Assembly: GCA_038087875.1 (NCBI GenBank)
Contig: CM075999.1
Location: 2,048,001 to 2,112,000 of the forward strand
Direction: 5' to 3'
Source: Malacoraja senta
Lineage: Eukaryota
Length of the DNA stretch: 64,000 bases
This document shows, one piece after another, positions 47,177-60,169 of this stretch; the first letter of the stretch is position 1, and each line of letters begins with the position of its first letter. A program made the translations under genes and the position numbers. The notes under the pieces are model-generated. The model ran no database searches and was not told the origin of the DNA. It saw nothing but the letters and a program-made list of their open reading frames with translations.

Positions 47177-50100
47177 CATTCCTGCGGGCAGGTTGCAATG
47201 TTGTGAGGAGGATAGATGGAGTGGAAAAGCAGTGAATCACCGTGCAGTCGTCCTTGAAGATTCCCGGAACAGTCATCTGGTGCCCGAGGAGACACAGAGT
47301 GATCTCCGCGAAGCTGCTGCCAATGAACAAATGAGTAGTGGCAGTCTCCAGCTAACGTGGAGCGCGGCAGCCAGCGTGACTTCTCCTGCGGTCCACGAAG
47401 GCTATCTGCACCGAAGATAGACACAAAAAGCTGGAGTAGTTCAGCGGGACAGGCAGCATCTCTGGAGAGAAGGAACGGGTGACGTTTCTGGACGAATCTT
47501 ATTGAAGCATATAAGATTATTAAGGGTTTGGACACGCTAGAGGCAGGAAACATGTTCCCGATGTTGGGGGGAAGTCCTGAACCAGGGGTCACAGTTTAAG
47601 AATAAGGGGTAAGCATTTAGAACGGAGACGAGGAAACACTTTTTCTCACAGTGAGTGGTGAGTCTGTGGAATTCTCTGCCTCAGAGGGCGGTGGAGGCAG
47701 GTTCTCTGGATGCTTTCAAGAGAGAGCTAGATAGGGCTCTTAAAAATAGCGGAGTCAGGGGATATGGGGAGAAGGCAGGAACGGGGTACTGATTGGGGAT
47801 GATCAGCCATGATCACATTGAATGGCGGTGCTGGCTCGAAGGGCCGAATGGCCTACTCCTGCACCTGTTGTCTGTTGTCTGTTGTCTATTGTCCCGCTGA
47901 GCTACTCCAGCATTTTGTGTCTATCTTTGGTTTAAACCAGCATCTGACACAAGACACTCTCCACCGCCATCTGGTCAAGCTGCCTGAATGTTTTACGTGC
48001 CGTCTGTCCCGAGGCTGTTACTGGGCCCGTGTTATCATTTACACTAAGTCAACCAGTAAATTACATCATTATTGATCCGTACAGGCAGGAGAATGAAGCG
48101 ATCGGCCCTGCTTTACCGGCCTCTGGTGGCTCTTTAGGCTTGTAACACAAATATTTGTATCCAGAATTTTCACCCCCTTGCGTCTGCTAACTCTTGTGTC
48201 CCGCTGGGCGTGAACGCATCAATTTGGAGGAATTCCCCAACAAGGTTGGCTTGAATTGCACGATAGTTGTGTACAGTGTTTAACCCAGAAGGTAGACGCA
48301 CAAAAAGCTGGAGTAACTCAGCGGGACAGGCAGCATCTCTGGGGAGAAGGAACGGGTGACGTTTCGGGTCGAGACAAAACCTTTCTTCAGAAGGTGTTTA
48401 GCCCCTGCTGTAACCAGAGAATTCATCCCTGGAATTGCCACCACCCTCCGAAAGGGAGATCACTTTATGTCATTGTACAAAGCAGGTGACTGAGGATTCA
48501 GAAAGACAGAGGGAAGGAAGCTTGCAAAGGCAACACTTGCCCCTCAATTCATAAACACCAAGCAGAATGCAGGGTTCAACGTCAGCTGGACTCAAATTGA
48601 ACAATAACTGTCAGGATGTCAGGGGTTATGGGGGGGAAGGCAGTAGAATGGGGTTAGGAGGGAGAGATAGATCAGCCGTGATTGAATGGTGGAATAGACT
48701 TGATGGGCCGAATGGCCTAATTCTGCTACAAGAAACTATGAGCTTATGAACTGGGGTCTGGACATGGGTTTAAGACGAGATGGGGGGGGATTTAATCGGA
48801 ACTTGAGGGGTGACTTTTTTACACAAAGGGTGGTGGGTGTGTGGAACGAGCTGCCGGAGGAGGTAGTTGAGGCAGGGACTATCGCAATGTTTAAGAGACA
48901 TTTGGATAGTACATGGATAGGACAGCTTTGGAGGGATATGGACCAAATGCAGGTAGGTGGGACTAGTGTAGTTGGGGCATGTTGGCCAGTGTGGGGAAGT
49001 AGGGCTGAAGGGCCTGTTTCCACGCTGTATCACTCCATGACTCTAACTGGGGTTTGGTTGAATTGAACATTGGAGTGGTGTCTTTATTCTGCACAAGAGA
49101 GACACTGAGACACGAAGGGTCTGGGGGACAGGGGGGTGGAAACACCACAGGGCGGGACGGTGGCGCAGCAGTAGAGTTGCTGCCTCACAGCGCCAGAGAC
49201 GCAGGAAAATGGGCGAGTCCAGAACCAGGGCCACAGTCTTAGAATAAAGGGGAGGCCATTTAAGACTGAGGTGAGAAAAAACGTTTTCACCCAGAGAGTT
49301 GTGAATTTGTGGAATTCCCTGCCACAGAGGGCAGTGGAGGCCAAGTCACTGGATGGATTTAAGAGAGAGTTAGATAGAGCTCTAGGGGCTAGTGGAGTCA
49401 AGGGATATTGGGGAGAAGGCAGGCACGGTTATTGATAGGCCATGATCACAATGAATGGTGGTGCTGGCCTCGAAGGGCCGAATGGCCTCTTCCTGCACCT
49501 ATTTTCTATGTTTCTATGTTTCTAGACATGGGTTCGACCCTGACCACGGGCGCTGTCTGTACGGAGTTTGTACGTTCTCCCCGTGACCTGCGTGGGTTTT
49601 CTCCAGGATCTCCGGTTTCCTCCCACACTCCAAAGACGTCCAGGTTTGTAAGTTAATTGACTTGATAAAATTGTAAATTGTCCCCAGTGTGTGTGGGACA
49701 GCGTTAGTGCGCGGGGATCGCTGGTCGGCGCGGTCTCGGTGGGGCCGAAGGGCCTGTTTCCGCGCTGTATCTCTAAACTAAACTAACATTCGACGCAGAG
49801 ACTGGAGAGGCAGAGCTGTCTCCCCACAAACAGCTGCCGGAGATGAGGATCAAACAACATTCTCAGATAAGACGTAGATTTTTGTTGTGCAAAACATTAT
49901 TAGGAGCCGGTGATCTGAGGATGGAGACGTGAATCTTGACACTAATCAGCCACTTTCTAACAGAATGTTGGAACAGGCTCGTGGGACCAGTTTAGACTCC
50001 TCCCGTCCTTATGTTCTTGTCTTCCTCACTACCTTCAACACATTTAGAGACACAGCGCGGGAAACAGGCCCTTCGGCCCACCGAGTCCGCGCTGACCAGC

Positions 50101-50204
50101 GATCCCCGCACACTAACGCTATCCTACGCCCACTAGGGACAGTTTACAATTATACCAAAGCCAATTAGCCTACAAACCTGCACGTCTTTGGATTCATAGA
50201 GCAA

Positions 50205-51020
50205 TACAATAGACAATAGACAATAGTCAATAGACAATAGACAATAGACAATAGACAATAGACAATAGACAATAGGTGCAGGAGGAGGCCATTCGGCCCT
50301 TCGAACCAGCACCGCCATTCAATGTGATCATGGCTGATCATCCCCAATCAGTGCCCCGTTCCTGCCTTCTCCCCATATCCCCTGACTCCGCTATCTTTAA
50401 GAGCCCTATCTCGTTCTCTCTTGAAAGCATCCAGAGAACCAGCCTCCACCGCCCTCTGAGGCAGAGAATTCCACAGACTCACCACTCTCTGTGAGAAAAA
50501 GTGTTTCCTCGTCTCCGTTCTAAATGGCTTACTCCTTATTCTTAAACTGTGGCCCCTGGTTCTGGACTCCCCACAACATCGGGAACATGTTTCCTGCCTC
50601 TAGCGTGTCCAAACCCTTAACAATCTTATATGTTTCAATAAGATGCCCTCTCATCCTTCTAAACTCCAGAGTGTACAAGCCCAGCCGCTCCATTCTCTCA
50701 GCATATGACAGTCCCGCCATCCCAGGAATTAACCTTGTAAACCTACGCTGCACTCCCTCAATAGCAAGAATGTCCTTCCTCAAATTAGGGGACCAAAACT
50801 GCACACAATACTCCAGGTGTGGTCTCACTAGGGCTCTGTACAACTGCAGAAGGACCTCTTTGCTCCTATATTCGATTCCACTTGTTATAAAGGCCAACAT
50901 GCCATTTGCTTTCTTCACTGCCTGCTGTACCTGCATGCTTACTTTCATAGACTGATGTACAAGGACCCCCAGATCCCGTTGTATTTCCCCTTTTCCCAAC
51001 TTGGAGCCATTTAGATAGTA
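50205..51020 (-). mobile_element. CR1/HER1 LINE 3' ~800 bp
   Basis: [52 protein letters not shown]; (CAATAGA)n tail. Confidence 0.9.
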
Positions 51021-52176
51021 ATTAGCCTACAAACCTGTACATCCTTGGAGTTACAGTGATACAGTGTGGAAACAGGCCCTTCGGCCCATCTTGCCGACAC
51101 CAGCCGACATGTCCAATCTACACTAGTCCCACCTGCCTGTGTTTGGTCCATATCCCTCCAAACCTGTCCTATCCATGTACCTGTCTAACTGCTTCTGAAA
51201 CATTGGGATAGTCCCTGCCTTAACTACCTCCTCCGGCAGCTCGTTCCATACACCCACCACCCTTTGTGTGAAAACGTTACCCCTCAGATTCCTATTAAAT
51301 CTTTTCCCCTTCACCTTAAACCTTCGTCCTCTGGTCCTCGATTCACCAACTCTGGGCAAGAGACTCTGTGCATCATTGTGGAGGGGGGGACCTCATTGAA
51401 ACTGATCGAATAGTGAAAGGCTTGGATGGAGTGGATGTGGAGAGGATGGTTTCACTGGTGCATCTACCCGATCTATTCCTCTCATGATTTTAGACACAGT
51501 GCGGGAGGAAGCCGGAGCACCCGGGAGAAAACCCACGCGGGTCACGGGGAGAAGGTACAAACTCCTTACAGACAAGCACCCGTAGTCAGGATCGAACCGG
51601 GGTCCCTGGCGCTGTGAGGCAGCAACTCTACCGCTGCGCCAGCATGCCGCCAGCTATCCTCCGCGCCCCATGATCATTTGTCCGGCCTCACTAACTGAAA
51701 TAAAAATGCTTCTGTGCAAAGTATAAAAATGCTTAATTTAAGTATTATGTTGCATTGAAATGCGTTTAAATTAAGTGATAGTGAGCCCAGTGTGAGACTC
51801 TGGAGGATCCATGCTGTGTCTATACCCACTTATCGAGAATAAGCTTAAGGGAGGTCTCTCAATGAGGTAAAGCTCGAATGGAAGCAGTATTAGTCGACTT
51901 TAGCCTTTTGTTGCTGGTTTTAAAGTTCCTCTTCAGTGGGTTTTTTTCTGGGGGGTTTTGGCAATTCCTTCTCTCCATAGATGCTGCCTCACCCGCTGAG
52001 TTCCTCCGGCATTTGGCGTCCAGTCTCGACCCGAAATGTCCAGGGGTCATTTGAGTCTCCACCCGAAATGTCCAAGGGGTCTCGACCCGAAACGTCGCCA
52101 ATTCCTTCTCTCCATAGATGCTGCCTCACCTGCTGAGTGCCTCCAGCATTTTGTGTCTACCTTCGATTTTACCAGC

Positions 52177-52812
52177 ATAGAAATATAGAAACATAGAAAC
52201 ATAGAAACATAGAAAATAGTTGCAGGAGTAGGCCATTCGGCCCTTCGAGCCTGCACCGCCATTCGATATGATCATGGCTGATCATCCAACTCAGTATCCC
52301 GTACCTGCCTTCTATCCATACCCCCTGATCCCTTTAGCCACAAGGGCCACATCTAACTCCCTCTTAAATATAGCCAATGAACTGGCCTCAACTACCTTCT
52401 GTGGCAGAGAATTCCAGAGATTCACCACTCTCTGTGTGAAAAATGTTTTCCTCATCTCGGTCCTAAAAGATTTCCCCCTTATCCTTAAACTGTGACCCCT
52501 TGTTCTGGACTTCCCCAACATCGGGAACAATCTTCCTGCATCTAGCCTGTCAACCCCTTAAGAATTTTGTACGTTTCTATAAGATCCCCCCTCAATCTTC
52601 TAAATTCTAGCGAGTACAAGCCGAGTCTATCCAGTCTTTCTTCATATGAAAGTCCTGACATCCCAGGAATCAGTCTGGTGAACCTTCTCTGTACTCCCTC
52701 TATGGCTATAAATGTCCTTCCTCAGATTTGGAGACCAAAACTGTACGCAATACTCCAGGTGTGGTCTCACCAAGACCCTGTACAACGGCAGTAGAACCTC
52801 CCTGCTCCTATA
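52177..52812 (-). mobile_element. CR1/HER1 LINE 3' fragment (second subfamily)
   Basis: [33 protein letters not shown]; (CATAGAAA)n tail. Confidence 0.88.
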
Positions 52813-53589
52813 CAGGGAGCATTTCTTTCTTAAACATGGAACTGCAGGTGCTGGTTTATTTAAATCAAAGGTAGACAAAAATGCTGGAGTCACTCAGCGG
52901 GACAGGCAGCATCCCTGGGTGACTGATGTTTCGGGTTGAGACAGACAGGTACATGGATAGGACAGGTTTGGAGGGATATGGGCCAAACGCAGGCAGGTGG
53001 AGTCGGGACTAGTGTAGATGGGGCATGTTGGCCGGCGTGGGCAAGTTGGGCCGAAGGGCCTGTTTCCACGCTATAAGATTCTATCTCTCCTATCCATTAT
53101 ACTTTGATTCGGTTTGACTAGCTCAGGAGACTAAATGTTAATGACGGTGGCCAGCAGCAGTCGTGGTGTCTGCGGAGAGAGATGTAGAATTGCTCCTCTG
53201 AATGTCAGCAAAGGCGTACATTTTAGAGAGATGGTGCCAAAGACATTGTTCAGTTTATTTTTAGTTTAGAGATACAGTGCAGAAACAGGCCCTTCGGCCC
53301 ACCGAGTCCGTGCTGACCAGCGATCCCCGCACACTAACACTATCCTACACACACACACACACACACACACAATAGGGGCAATTTACCATTTTACCAAAGC
53401 CAATTAACCTACAAACCTGTATGTCTTTGGAGTGCGGGAGGAAACCGGAGCGCCCGGAGAAAACCCACGTGGTCACGGGGAGAACGTACGAAGTCCGTAT
53501 AGACAGCACCCGCATTCAGGATCGAACCCGGGTCTCTGGCGCTGTGAGGCAGCAACTCTACCGCTGCGCCACCCCTGAAATGGATGCAA

Positions 53590-53593
<4 letters not shown>

Positions 53594-53645
<52 letters not shown>

Positions 53646-54042
53646 CAGAGAGGGGGGGAGAGAGAGTGAGAGAGAGAGCAAATGGCAAAAAAGAAAGACT
53701 GAGAAAAGAAAGAGACAGAGAGGGAGATAAAAGAGATGGGAGAGAGAGAGGAAGAGATCAGGAGAAAGAGAGAGGTGATAGAAAAAGAGAGAGAGAGAGA
53801 GAGAGGTGATAGAAAAAGAGAGAGAGAGAGAGAGGTGATAGAAAAAGAGAGAGAGCAAAAAAAGAGAGTGACAGAAAGGGAGAGAAGGAGAGTGGACAGA
53901 GAGAGAGAGAGGACAGAGGTAAAAAGAGAGAGCGTGAGAAAATAGACATGGAGACAGAGGAAATAGAGAGAGAGAGGAGACAGAAGAGAAAGAGAACGAG
54001 CGAGAGACAGAGAGAGAGATAAAGAGAGAGACAGAGAGAGAG
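53594..54042. repeat. (GA)n / purine-rich low-complexity tract
   Basis: Direct inspection. Confidence 0.95.
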
Positions 54043-54815
54043 ATAATAAACGAGGGTGAAGCAGGCAGGAGGACTGTGAGTGCTGTAATATATTATTAAG
54101 AAAATAGTAGCGGGGCTCCTAGAAAATACTAATAGTGTTTGGCAGAGTGAACATGAACAGAAATCACGTTTGACAAGTCGATCGGGATGTTTTTTTTGAG
54201 GTTGTCACTGGGGAATAGATAAAAGGGAAGAGGCAACTGAACTTTCAGAAAACCTTCAATAAGATGTCAAACAAAAGGTTACGAAACAAAATGTGAGCAC
54301 AGGAGCTGGGGATAAAATGACTTTGGTGGATCAGGCATTGATGGATAAAGAACCGAATGTGGAACGGGGGGGGATGGGGTTGAGAACCGGGGGGCTGGTG
54401 AGATTCCGAGACCAATCCTGGTCCCAACACATGAGATCGGGTAGATGCACAGAGTCTCTAGCCCAGAGGAGGGGAATCGAGGACCAGAGGACGTAGGTTC
54501 AAGGTGAAGGGGAAAAGATTTAATAGGAATCTAAGGGGGAACATTTCCACACAAAGGGTGGTGGGTGTATGGAACGAGCGGCCAGAGGAGGTAGTTGGGG
54601 TAGTTGATTAGTGCGGGTGTCAGGGGTTTACGGGCAGAAGGCAGGAGAATGGGGTTAGGAGGGAGAGATAGATCAGCCAGGACTGAATGGCGGAGTAGAC
54701 CGGATGGGCCGAATGGCCTAATTCTGCTCCTATCACTTATGTCCTTGTGGGCCGTCGCTCCAATTCAAGAGTTGTGGATCTTTGTAGTGTTCTGCCAGTG
54801 TTTACAGGGACCGCA

Positions 54816-55430
54816 GGTTGGCTGCGTGCCCCGGGACTGGCCGTAGGGCCCTGGTTGGCTGCGTGCCCCTGGACTGGATGTAGCGCCCTGGTCAGCTGCG
54901 TGCCCCTGGACTGGCCATAGGGCCCTGGTCAGCTGCGTGCCCCGGGACTGGCCGTAGGGCCCTGGTCGGCTGCGTGCCTCTGGACTGGCCGTAGGGCCCT
55001 GGTCGGCTGCGTGCCCCGGGACTGGCCGTAGGGCCCTGGTTGGCTGCGTGCCCCTGGACTGGCCATAGGGCCCTGGTTGGCTGCGTGCCCCTGGACTGGC
55101 CGTAGGGCCCTGGTCGGCTGCGTGCCCCTGGACTGGATGTAGGGCCCTGGTCGGCTGCGTGCCCCTGGACTGGCCGTAGGGCCCTGGTTGGCTGCGTGCC
55201 CCATGACTGGATGTAGGGCCCTGGTCAGCTGCGTGCCCCGGGATGGCCGTAGAGCCTGGTCAGCTGCGTGCCCCTGGACTGGATGTAGGGCCCTGGTTGG
55301 CTGCGTGCCCCATGACTGGATGTAGGGCCCTGGTCAGCTGCGTGCCCCGGGATGGCCGTAGAGCCCTGGTCAGCTGCGTGCCCCTGGACTGGATGTAGGG
55401 CCCTGGTTGGCTGCGTGCCCCGGGACTGGC
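54816..55430. repeat. 37-bp GC-rich minisatellite, about 16.6 copies
   Basis: GGTTGGCTGCGTGCCCCKGGACTGGCCGTAGGGCCCT with interspersed variants. Confidence 0.97.
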
Positions 55431-55576
55431 TACAGTTCCCAGGTCGCGAAAACTAATTGAGAAAAATATGCCTGTGGGCCGGATAGACAATAGACGATAG
55501 ACAATAGACGATAGGTGCAGGAGTAGGCCATTCGGCCCATCCGCAATCAGTACCCCGTTCCTGCCTTCTCCAGCAT

Positions 55577-55630
55577 GATTTTGGGTTGCGGGCCGGATCC
55601 GGCCCCTGGGCCGTAGGTTGCCGACTCCTG
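55577..55630 (-). mobile_element. hAT (Charlie-like) transposon terminus
   Basis: Minus strand CAGGAGTCGGCAACCTACGGCCC..GGCCGGATCCGGCCCGC resembles hAT-Charlie ends; the other end was not located. Confidence 0.55.
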
Positions 55631-56011
55631 TCCTGGATGTCAGGCCTCATTGTGTCCCCCCCCCCCCCACGTTTTAAAGCGATTTCCGCCCCATGAAGAC
55701 AGCTGGAAAAGTGGAGGGGCAGCATGGAGCACAGCTGGTGATAGGTGGATGCAGGCGTGGGTGTTTTTTAGACAGACAGACAGATTGATGGACAAAGGGC
55801 AGGGATGAAGAGACAGAGTTATGAGTTCCTCCAGCATTTAGTGTCTTTCTTAGGTATAAACCAGCGTCTGCAGTTCCTTGTTCTTGCATCTAGTGTGTGG
55901 GACAACAACAAAAACAAAGTGCTGGAGGAACTCAACGGGTCAAAGCAGCATCTCTGGAGGAAAAGGAATGGCGACATTTTTGGGTCGAGACCCTTCTTCA
56001 GACTTTATATA

Positions 56012-56108
56012 CACCTGCTCCTCGATCTACGATGGGGTTACGTTCCAATATACCCATCGTAAAGTCGATATATCGCAAGTCGAAGCATCATAAGTCGGGG
56101 AGCATCTG
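56012..56108 (+). mobile_element. Tc1/mariner-pogo (Tigger/MER47-like) mini-MITE
   Basis: TA on both sides; imperfect 23-bp TIR CACCTGCTCCTCGATCTACGATG / CATCATAAGTCGGGGAGCATCTG. Confidence 0.75.
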
Positions 56109-57562
56109 TAGTAGTTGGGCACAAGGATATGCTGGGAATAGAGGGATATGAATCACGTTCAGGGAAAGGAGATCAGTTTCATTTGGCATCGTGTTCGGCA
56201 TGGACATTGAGGGCCGAAGGGCCTGTTTCCGTGCTGTATGGTCCGTGTTCGATGTAAACAGACGTGATAATATCCCAGGAAGGACATCCATTATCTCGAC
56301 ACAGCAGAGACAGATACTTCACTCTCATCATTGTGCTCGGAAGTCAAGTACCTCTCCCGGTTAATGAGCTAAACACCAAAGTAAATGCCCTGCTGTGCTC
56401 CATAATGTAATATTAAAAGTTTAGACGTCAAACTCAGGAATCTCTTAATGGGGTTAAAACTGATTGACATTTAGAAATTATATATTAGGCAGGGAATTCA
56501 CTTACATCTGTTTGCTTCATGGCAGCTGAGAGCTCGCTGATGTACTTAGGCTCAGCGGTAGAGTTGCTGCCTCACAGCGCCAGTGACCCGGGTTCAATCC
56601 TGACTACGGGTGCTGTCTGTGCGGAGTTTGTACGTTCTCCCACATTCCAAAGACGTGCAGGTTTGTAGATTCTTGCTATTGAGGGAGTGCAGCCTAGGTT
56701 TACAAGGTTAATTCCCGGGATGGCGGGACTGTCATATGCTGAGAGAATGGAGCGGCTGGGCTTGTACACTCTGGAGTTTAGAGGGATGAGAGGGAATCTC
56801 ATTGAGACATATAAAATTGTTAATGGCTTGCACACGCTAGAGACAGGAAACATGTTCCCGATGTTGGGGGAGTCCAGAACCAGGGGCCACACAGTTTAAG
56901 AATAAGGAGTAAGCCATTTAGAACGGAGACGAGGAAACACTTTTTCACACAGAGAGTGGTGAGTCTGTGGAATTCTCTGCCTCAGAGGGCGGTGGAGACA
57001 GGTTCTCTGGATGCTTTCAAGAGAGAGCTAGATAGGGCTCTTAAAGATAGCGGAATCAGGGGATATGGGGAGAAGGCAGGAACGGGGTACTGATTGGGGA
57101 TGGTCAGCCATGATCACATTGAATGGCGGTGCTGGTTCGAAGGGCCAAATGGCCTACTGTCTATTGTCTATTGTTAATTGGGTTCTGTAAATGATCCCTA
57201 GTGTGTAGGATAGAACTAGTGTACGGGGTGATCGCTGGTTGGCGCGGACGCGGTGGGCCAAAGGGCCTGTGTCCATGGCTGTATCCCTAAAGAAATGGAA
57301 CCATGAAAGTTTATTCACACCCAGCAGGCCATCGCAAAATGCTGCAGATACTCAACCTTCCAGACGACACTTGTGGAGAGAGGAACAGAGTCAATGTTTC
57401 AGGTTGTGCAGGAAGGAACTGCAGATGCTGATTTAAACCGAAGATAGACACAAAAAGCCGGAGTAACTCAGCGGGTCAGGCAGCATCTCTGGAGGAAAGG
57501 AATAGGTGACGTTTCGGGGCTAGTGGAGTCAAGGGATATGGGGAGAAGGCAGGCACAGGTTA

Positions 57563-58040
57563 AAGGCCTGTCTCACGAGTCTGCGGTCATTGGCGGCGAA
57601 ATGCGAAGAATCTGCCGCCATAGACCGCGCACTCGTGAGAACGCACAATTCCAGGGCCGTGCGGCGTTGTTCCCAACACCGCACGGTGCTAAAATAAAAC
57701 CTACACTGTTTCCTACCGCACAGCCTCCGCCAGTGAGGCACGTGTGCGGCACGGCCGCTGGCACAGCCACCGCTACAGCGCCGCGATCAGGACGGCCGCC
57801 GCCACAGCCGCCGCTGGTGAGTCACGTGCGGCGGGCGACGTCATCGCAGTCGGCCCGCCCTTTTTTTTACTTACCGCAAGCACGTGGGACCAGCCGTATT
57901 TGAATCACTCGGCCCCCGCGCAGCATCCGTGCGGCGCTCCCGTGGCATAGGCTCGGCGCTCTCGCCGTTGCCGTGCGGTCCACTCTACAGGCGAAGCCGC
58001 GCTTCACCGCCGATGACCGCAAACACGTAAGACAGGGCCT
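57563..58040. mobile_element. PIF/Harbinger-type MITE inserted in a CR1 tail
   Basis: TTA TSD (57560-57562 and 58041-58043); TIR AAGGCCTGTCTCACG / CGTAAGACAGGGCCT; the uninterrupted host GGTTATTGATAGGGGACG is seen at about 9328. Confidence 0.85.
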
Positions 58041-58181
58041 TTATTGATAGGGGACGATCAGCCATGATCACAATGAATGGCGGTGCTGGCTCGAAGGGCC
58101 GAATGGCCTCCTCCTGCACCTATTTTCTATGTTTCTATGGGTCGAGACCCTTCTTCAGACTCCTTTCCCCTGACTCTCTGT

Positions 58182-58209
58182 CTGAAGAAGGGTCTCGACC
58201 CGAAACGTC
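58182..58209 (+). ncRNA. Minimal hammerhead ribozyme motif in a PLE terminal repeat
   Basis: CUGAAGA-A-GGGU(CUCG)ACCC-GAAAC-GUC. Other intact cores lie at 8524-8551, 13397-13424, 15771-15798, 25913-25940 (+) and 63794-63821 (-). Confidence 0.7.
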
Positions 58210-58401
58210 ACCCATTCCTTCTCTCCAGAGATGCTGCCTGTCCCGCTGAGTTACTCCAGCTTTTTGTGTCTGATGTTTCATGTTGATGACCTTCCGTCGT
58301 TTGATTGATTGATTTAACGATACAGCACGGAAACAGGCCCTTCGGCCCACCACTTCCATGCCAACCATTGATCACCATTTACAGCAGTGTAATTAGCTTT
58401 A

Positions 58402-58924
58402 AAGGCCTGTCCCACAGGCAGGCGGTTACTGGCGGTGTAGCGGGAAGTTGGGACCGCGCGTGGACCGCCAGAGACCGCGCATGGCCCGCGGGGTCGGTCC
58501 CACGTAGACCGCCGGGACCGTATGTAGTTGGTGTATCTCTAAACGTAATGGCCCTGTCCCACGGGCAGGCGGTTACGTGCGGTGCTCAGAAAAGCTGACA
58601 CTGTTCAAAAATCTCGCCCGACCGCCCAGCCGCCGCCTCTTCGCCGCGAGCCGTCTCGACGTTATCGCATAGCGCGTTGCGTTGCGCGATGACGTCATCA
58701 CCCGACGCCGCGCGACGTCCATTCCAGTCGGCCCGTGCGGTGACCACCCGGCATATGCGCGGCAACAGCTTCCGGTAAGGTTTAACTTACCGCATGCTCG
58801 TGGGACGCATCCGAGCGATGCTGCCGCGGCATACGCGCGGCGCTCCAGCGGTAGCCGCGCGGTCCCCGCTTCCGGGGACGCCGCGCTTCACCGCCAGTAA
58901 CCGCCTGCCCGTGGGACAGGGCCA
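58402..58924. mobile_element. PIF/Harbinger-type MITE with an internal inverted duplication
   Basis: TTA TSD (58399-58401 and 58925-58927); ~40-bp TIR starting AAGGCCTGTCCCAC. Confidence 0.82.
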
Positions 58925-59227
58925 TTACGTTTAGAGATACAGCACGGAAACAGGCCCTTCGGCCCACCGAGACCGCAACGACCAGCGGTCCCTGCACAAT
59001 AACACTATCCTACGGACACTCGGGGCAATTTACATTTACGCCAAGCCAATTAACCTACAAACCTGCACGTCTTTGGAGCGTGGGCGGAAACGGAAGATCT
59101 GGGAGAAAACCCACGCGGGTCACGGGGAGAAGGTACAAACTCCGTACAGACAGCACCCGCAGTCGGGATCGAACCCGGGTCTCTGGCGCTGCGAGGCAGC
59201 AGTTCTACCCTCTGGCCCCAGAGTTTT

Positions 59228-59466
59228 TAAGAAGGAACTGCGGATGCTGGAAAATCGAAGATAGACAAAAATGCTGGAGAAACTCAGCGGGTGCAGCAGC
59301 ATCTATGGAGCGAAGGAAATAGGCAACGTTTCGGGCCGAAACCCTTCCGGGTTTCGGCCCGAAACGTTACCTATTTCCTTCCTGAAGGGTTTCGGCCCGA
59401 AACGTTGCCTATTTCCTTCGCTCCATAGATGCTGCTGCACCCGCTGAGTTTTTCCAGCACTTTTGT
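59228..59466. mobile_element. Fold-back PLE-derived element with a 2-unit array and 12-bp TSD
   Basis: TSD CCCCAGAGTTTT at 59216-59227 and 59467-59478; same centre AAACCCTTCCGGGTTTCGG. Confidence 0.82.
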
Positions 59467-59684
59467 CCCCAGAGTTTTGTTGGCCTGAATATTGAATGCT
59501 CCATACATGCTGCCTGATTCGTCGTGTATTCAAACTCTTTGAATCACTTCCCTCTGGAAGGCGACTCCGGGCTGTCAAAGCTGCCACAGCCAGACATAAA
59601 AACATTAAAGACGGCAAAAGAGAAGGAGGATGAGACAGGATGTGGGCTGGAGTTTTGGATGTCCCCTGCCCCAGTGTTTGGAGG

Positions 59685-60169
59685 GTTTGGCTCAGCCACC
59701 AAGCACGACACCTGGAGGCTGCAGCGAATCGTCCGATCAGCAGAGAAGGTTATTGGCTGCAACCTTCCCTCAATTGATGAACTGTACACTGCAAGGGCCA
59801 GGAAGCGAGCGGGCAAGATCATCTCTGACCCCTCTCATCCTGGCCACAAACTCTTTGAATCACTTCCCTCTGGAAGGCGACTCCGGACTGTCAAAGCTGC
59901 CACAGCCAGACATAAAAACAGTTTTTATCCACGAGTAGTTGCTCTACTCAACAGCCAAAAATCTGTAGCCTCCCTTTGATCTGGTATTTTGTTGGTTCAC
60001 TTGCTTGATCAATGGTGTTTTTATCATTAATGCCTTATTATTATTAATGTTTAGTGTTTTCTGAGTCATTCGTAACTGTCACTGTATGTCATGTTGTTAC
60101 TTGTGCGCGGAGCACCAAGGCAAATTCCTTGTATGTGAATACTTGGCCAATAAACACACTTACTTACTT
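59685..60169 (+). mobile_element. Rex1/Babar LINE 3' fragment
   Basis: FGSATKHDTWRLQRIVRSAEKVIG..LPSGRRLRTVKAATARHKNSFYPRVVALLN. Confidence 0.87.

Noticed and set aside
46740..47592. ORFs spanning the N gap
   Set aside because: Artefacts of translating N. The short open frame at 47193-47420 has no recognisable homology or splice support.
54130..54345. Possible unique coding segment
   Set aside because: Appears to be a heavily decayed plus-strand CR1 RT fragment (FFEVVT, FQKTFNK remnants).
57560..58930. CpG-island promoter
   Set aside because: The CpG-rich DNA is bounded by MITE TIRs and TSDs.
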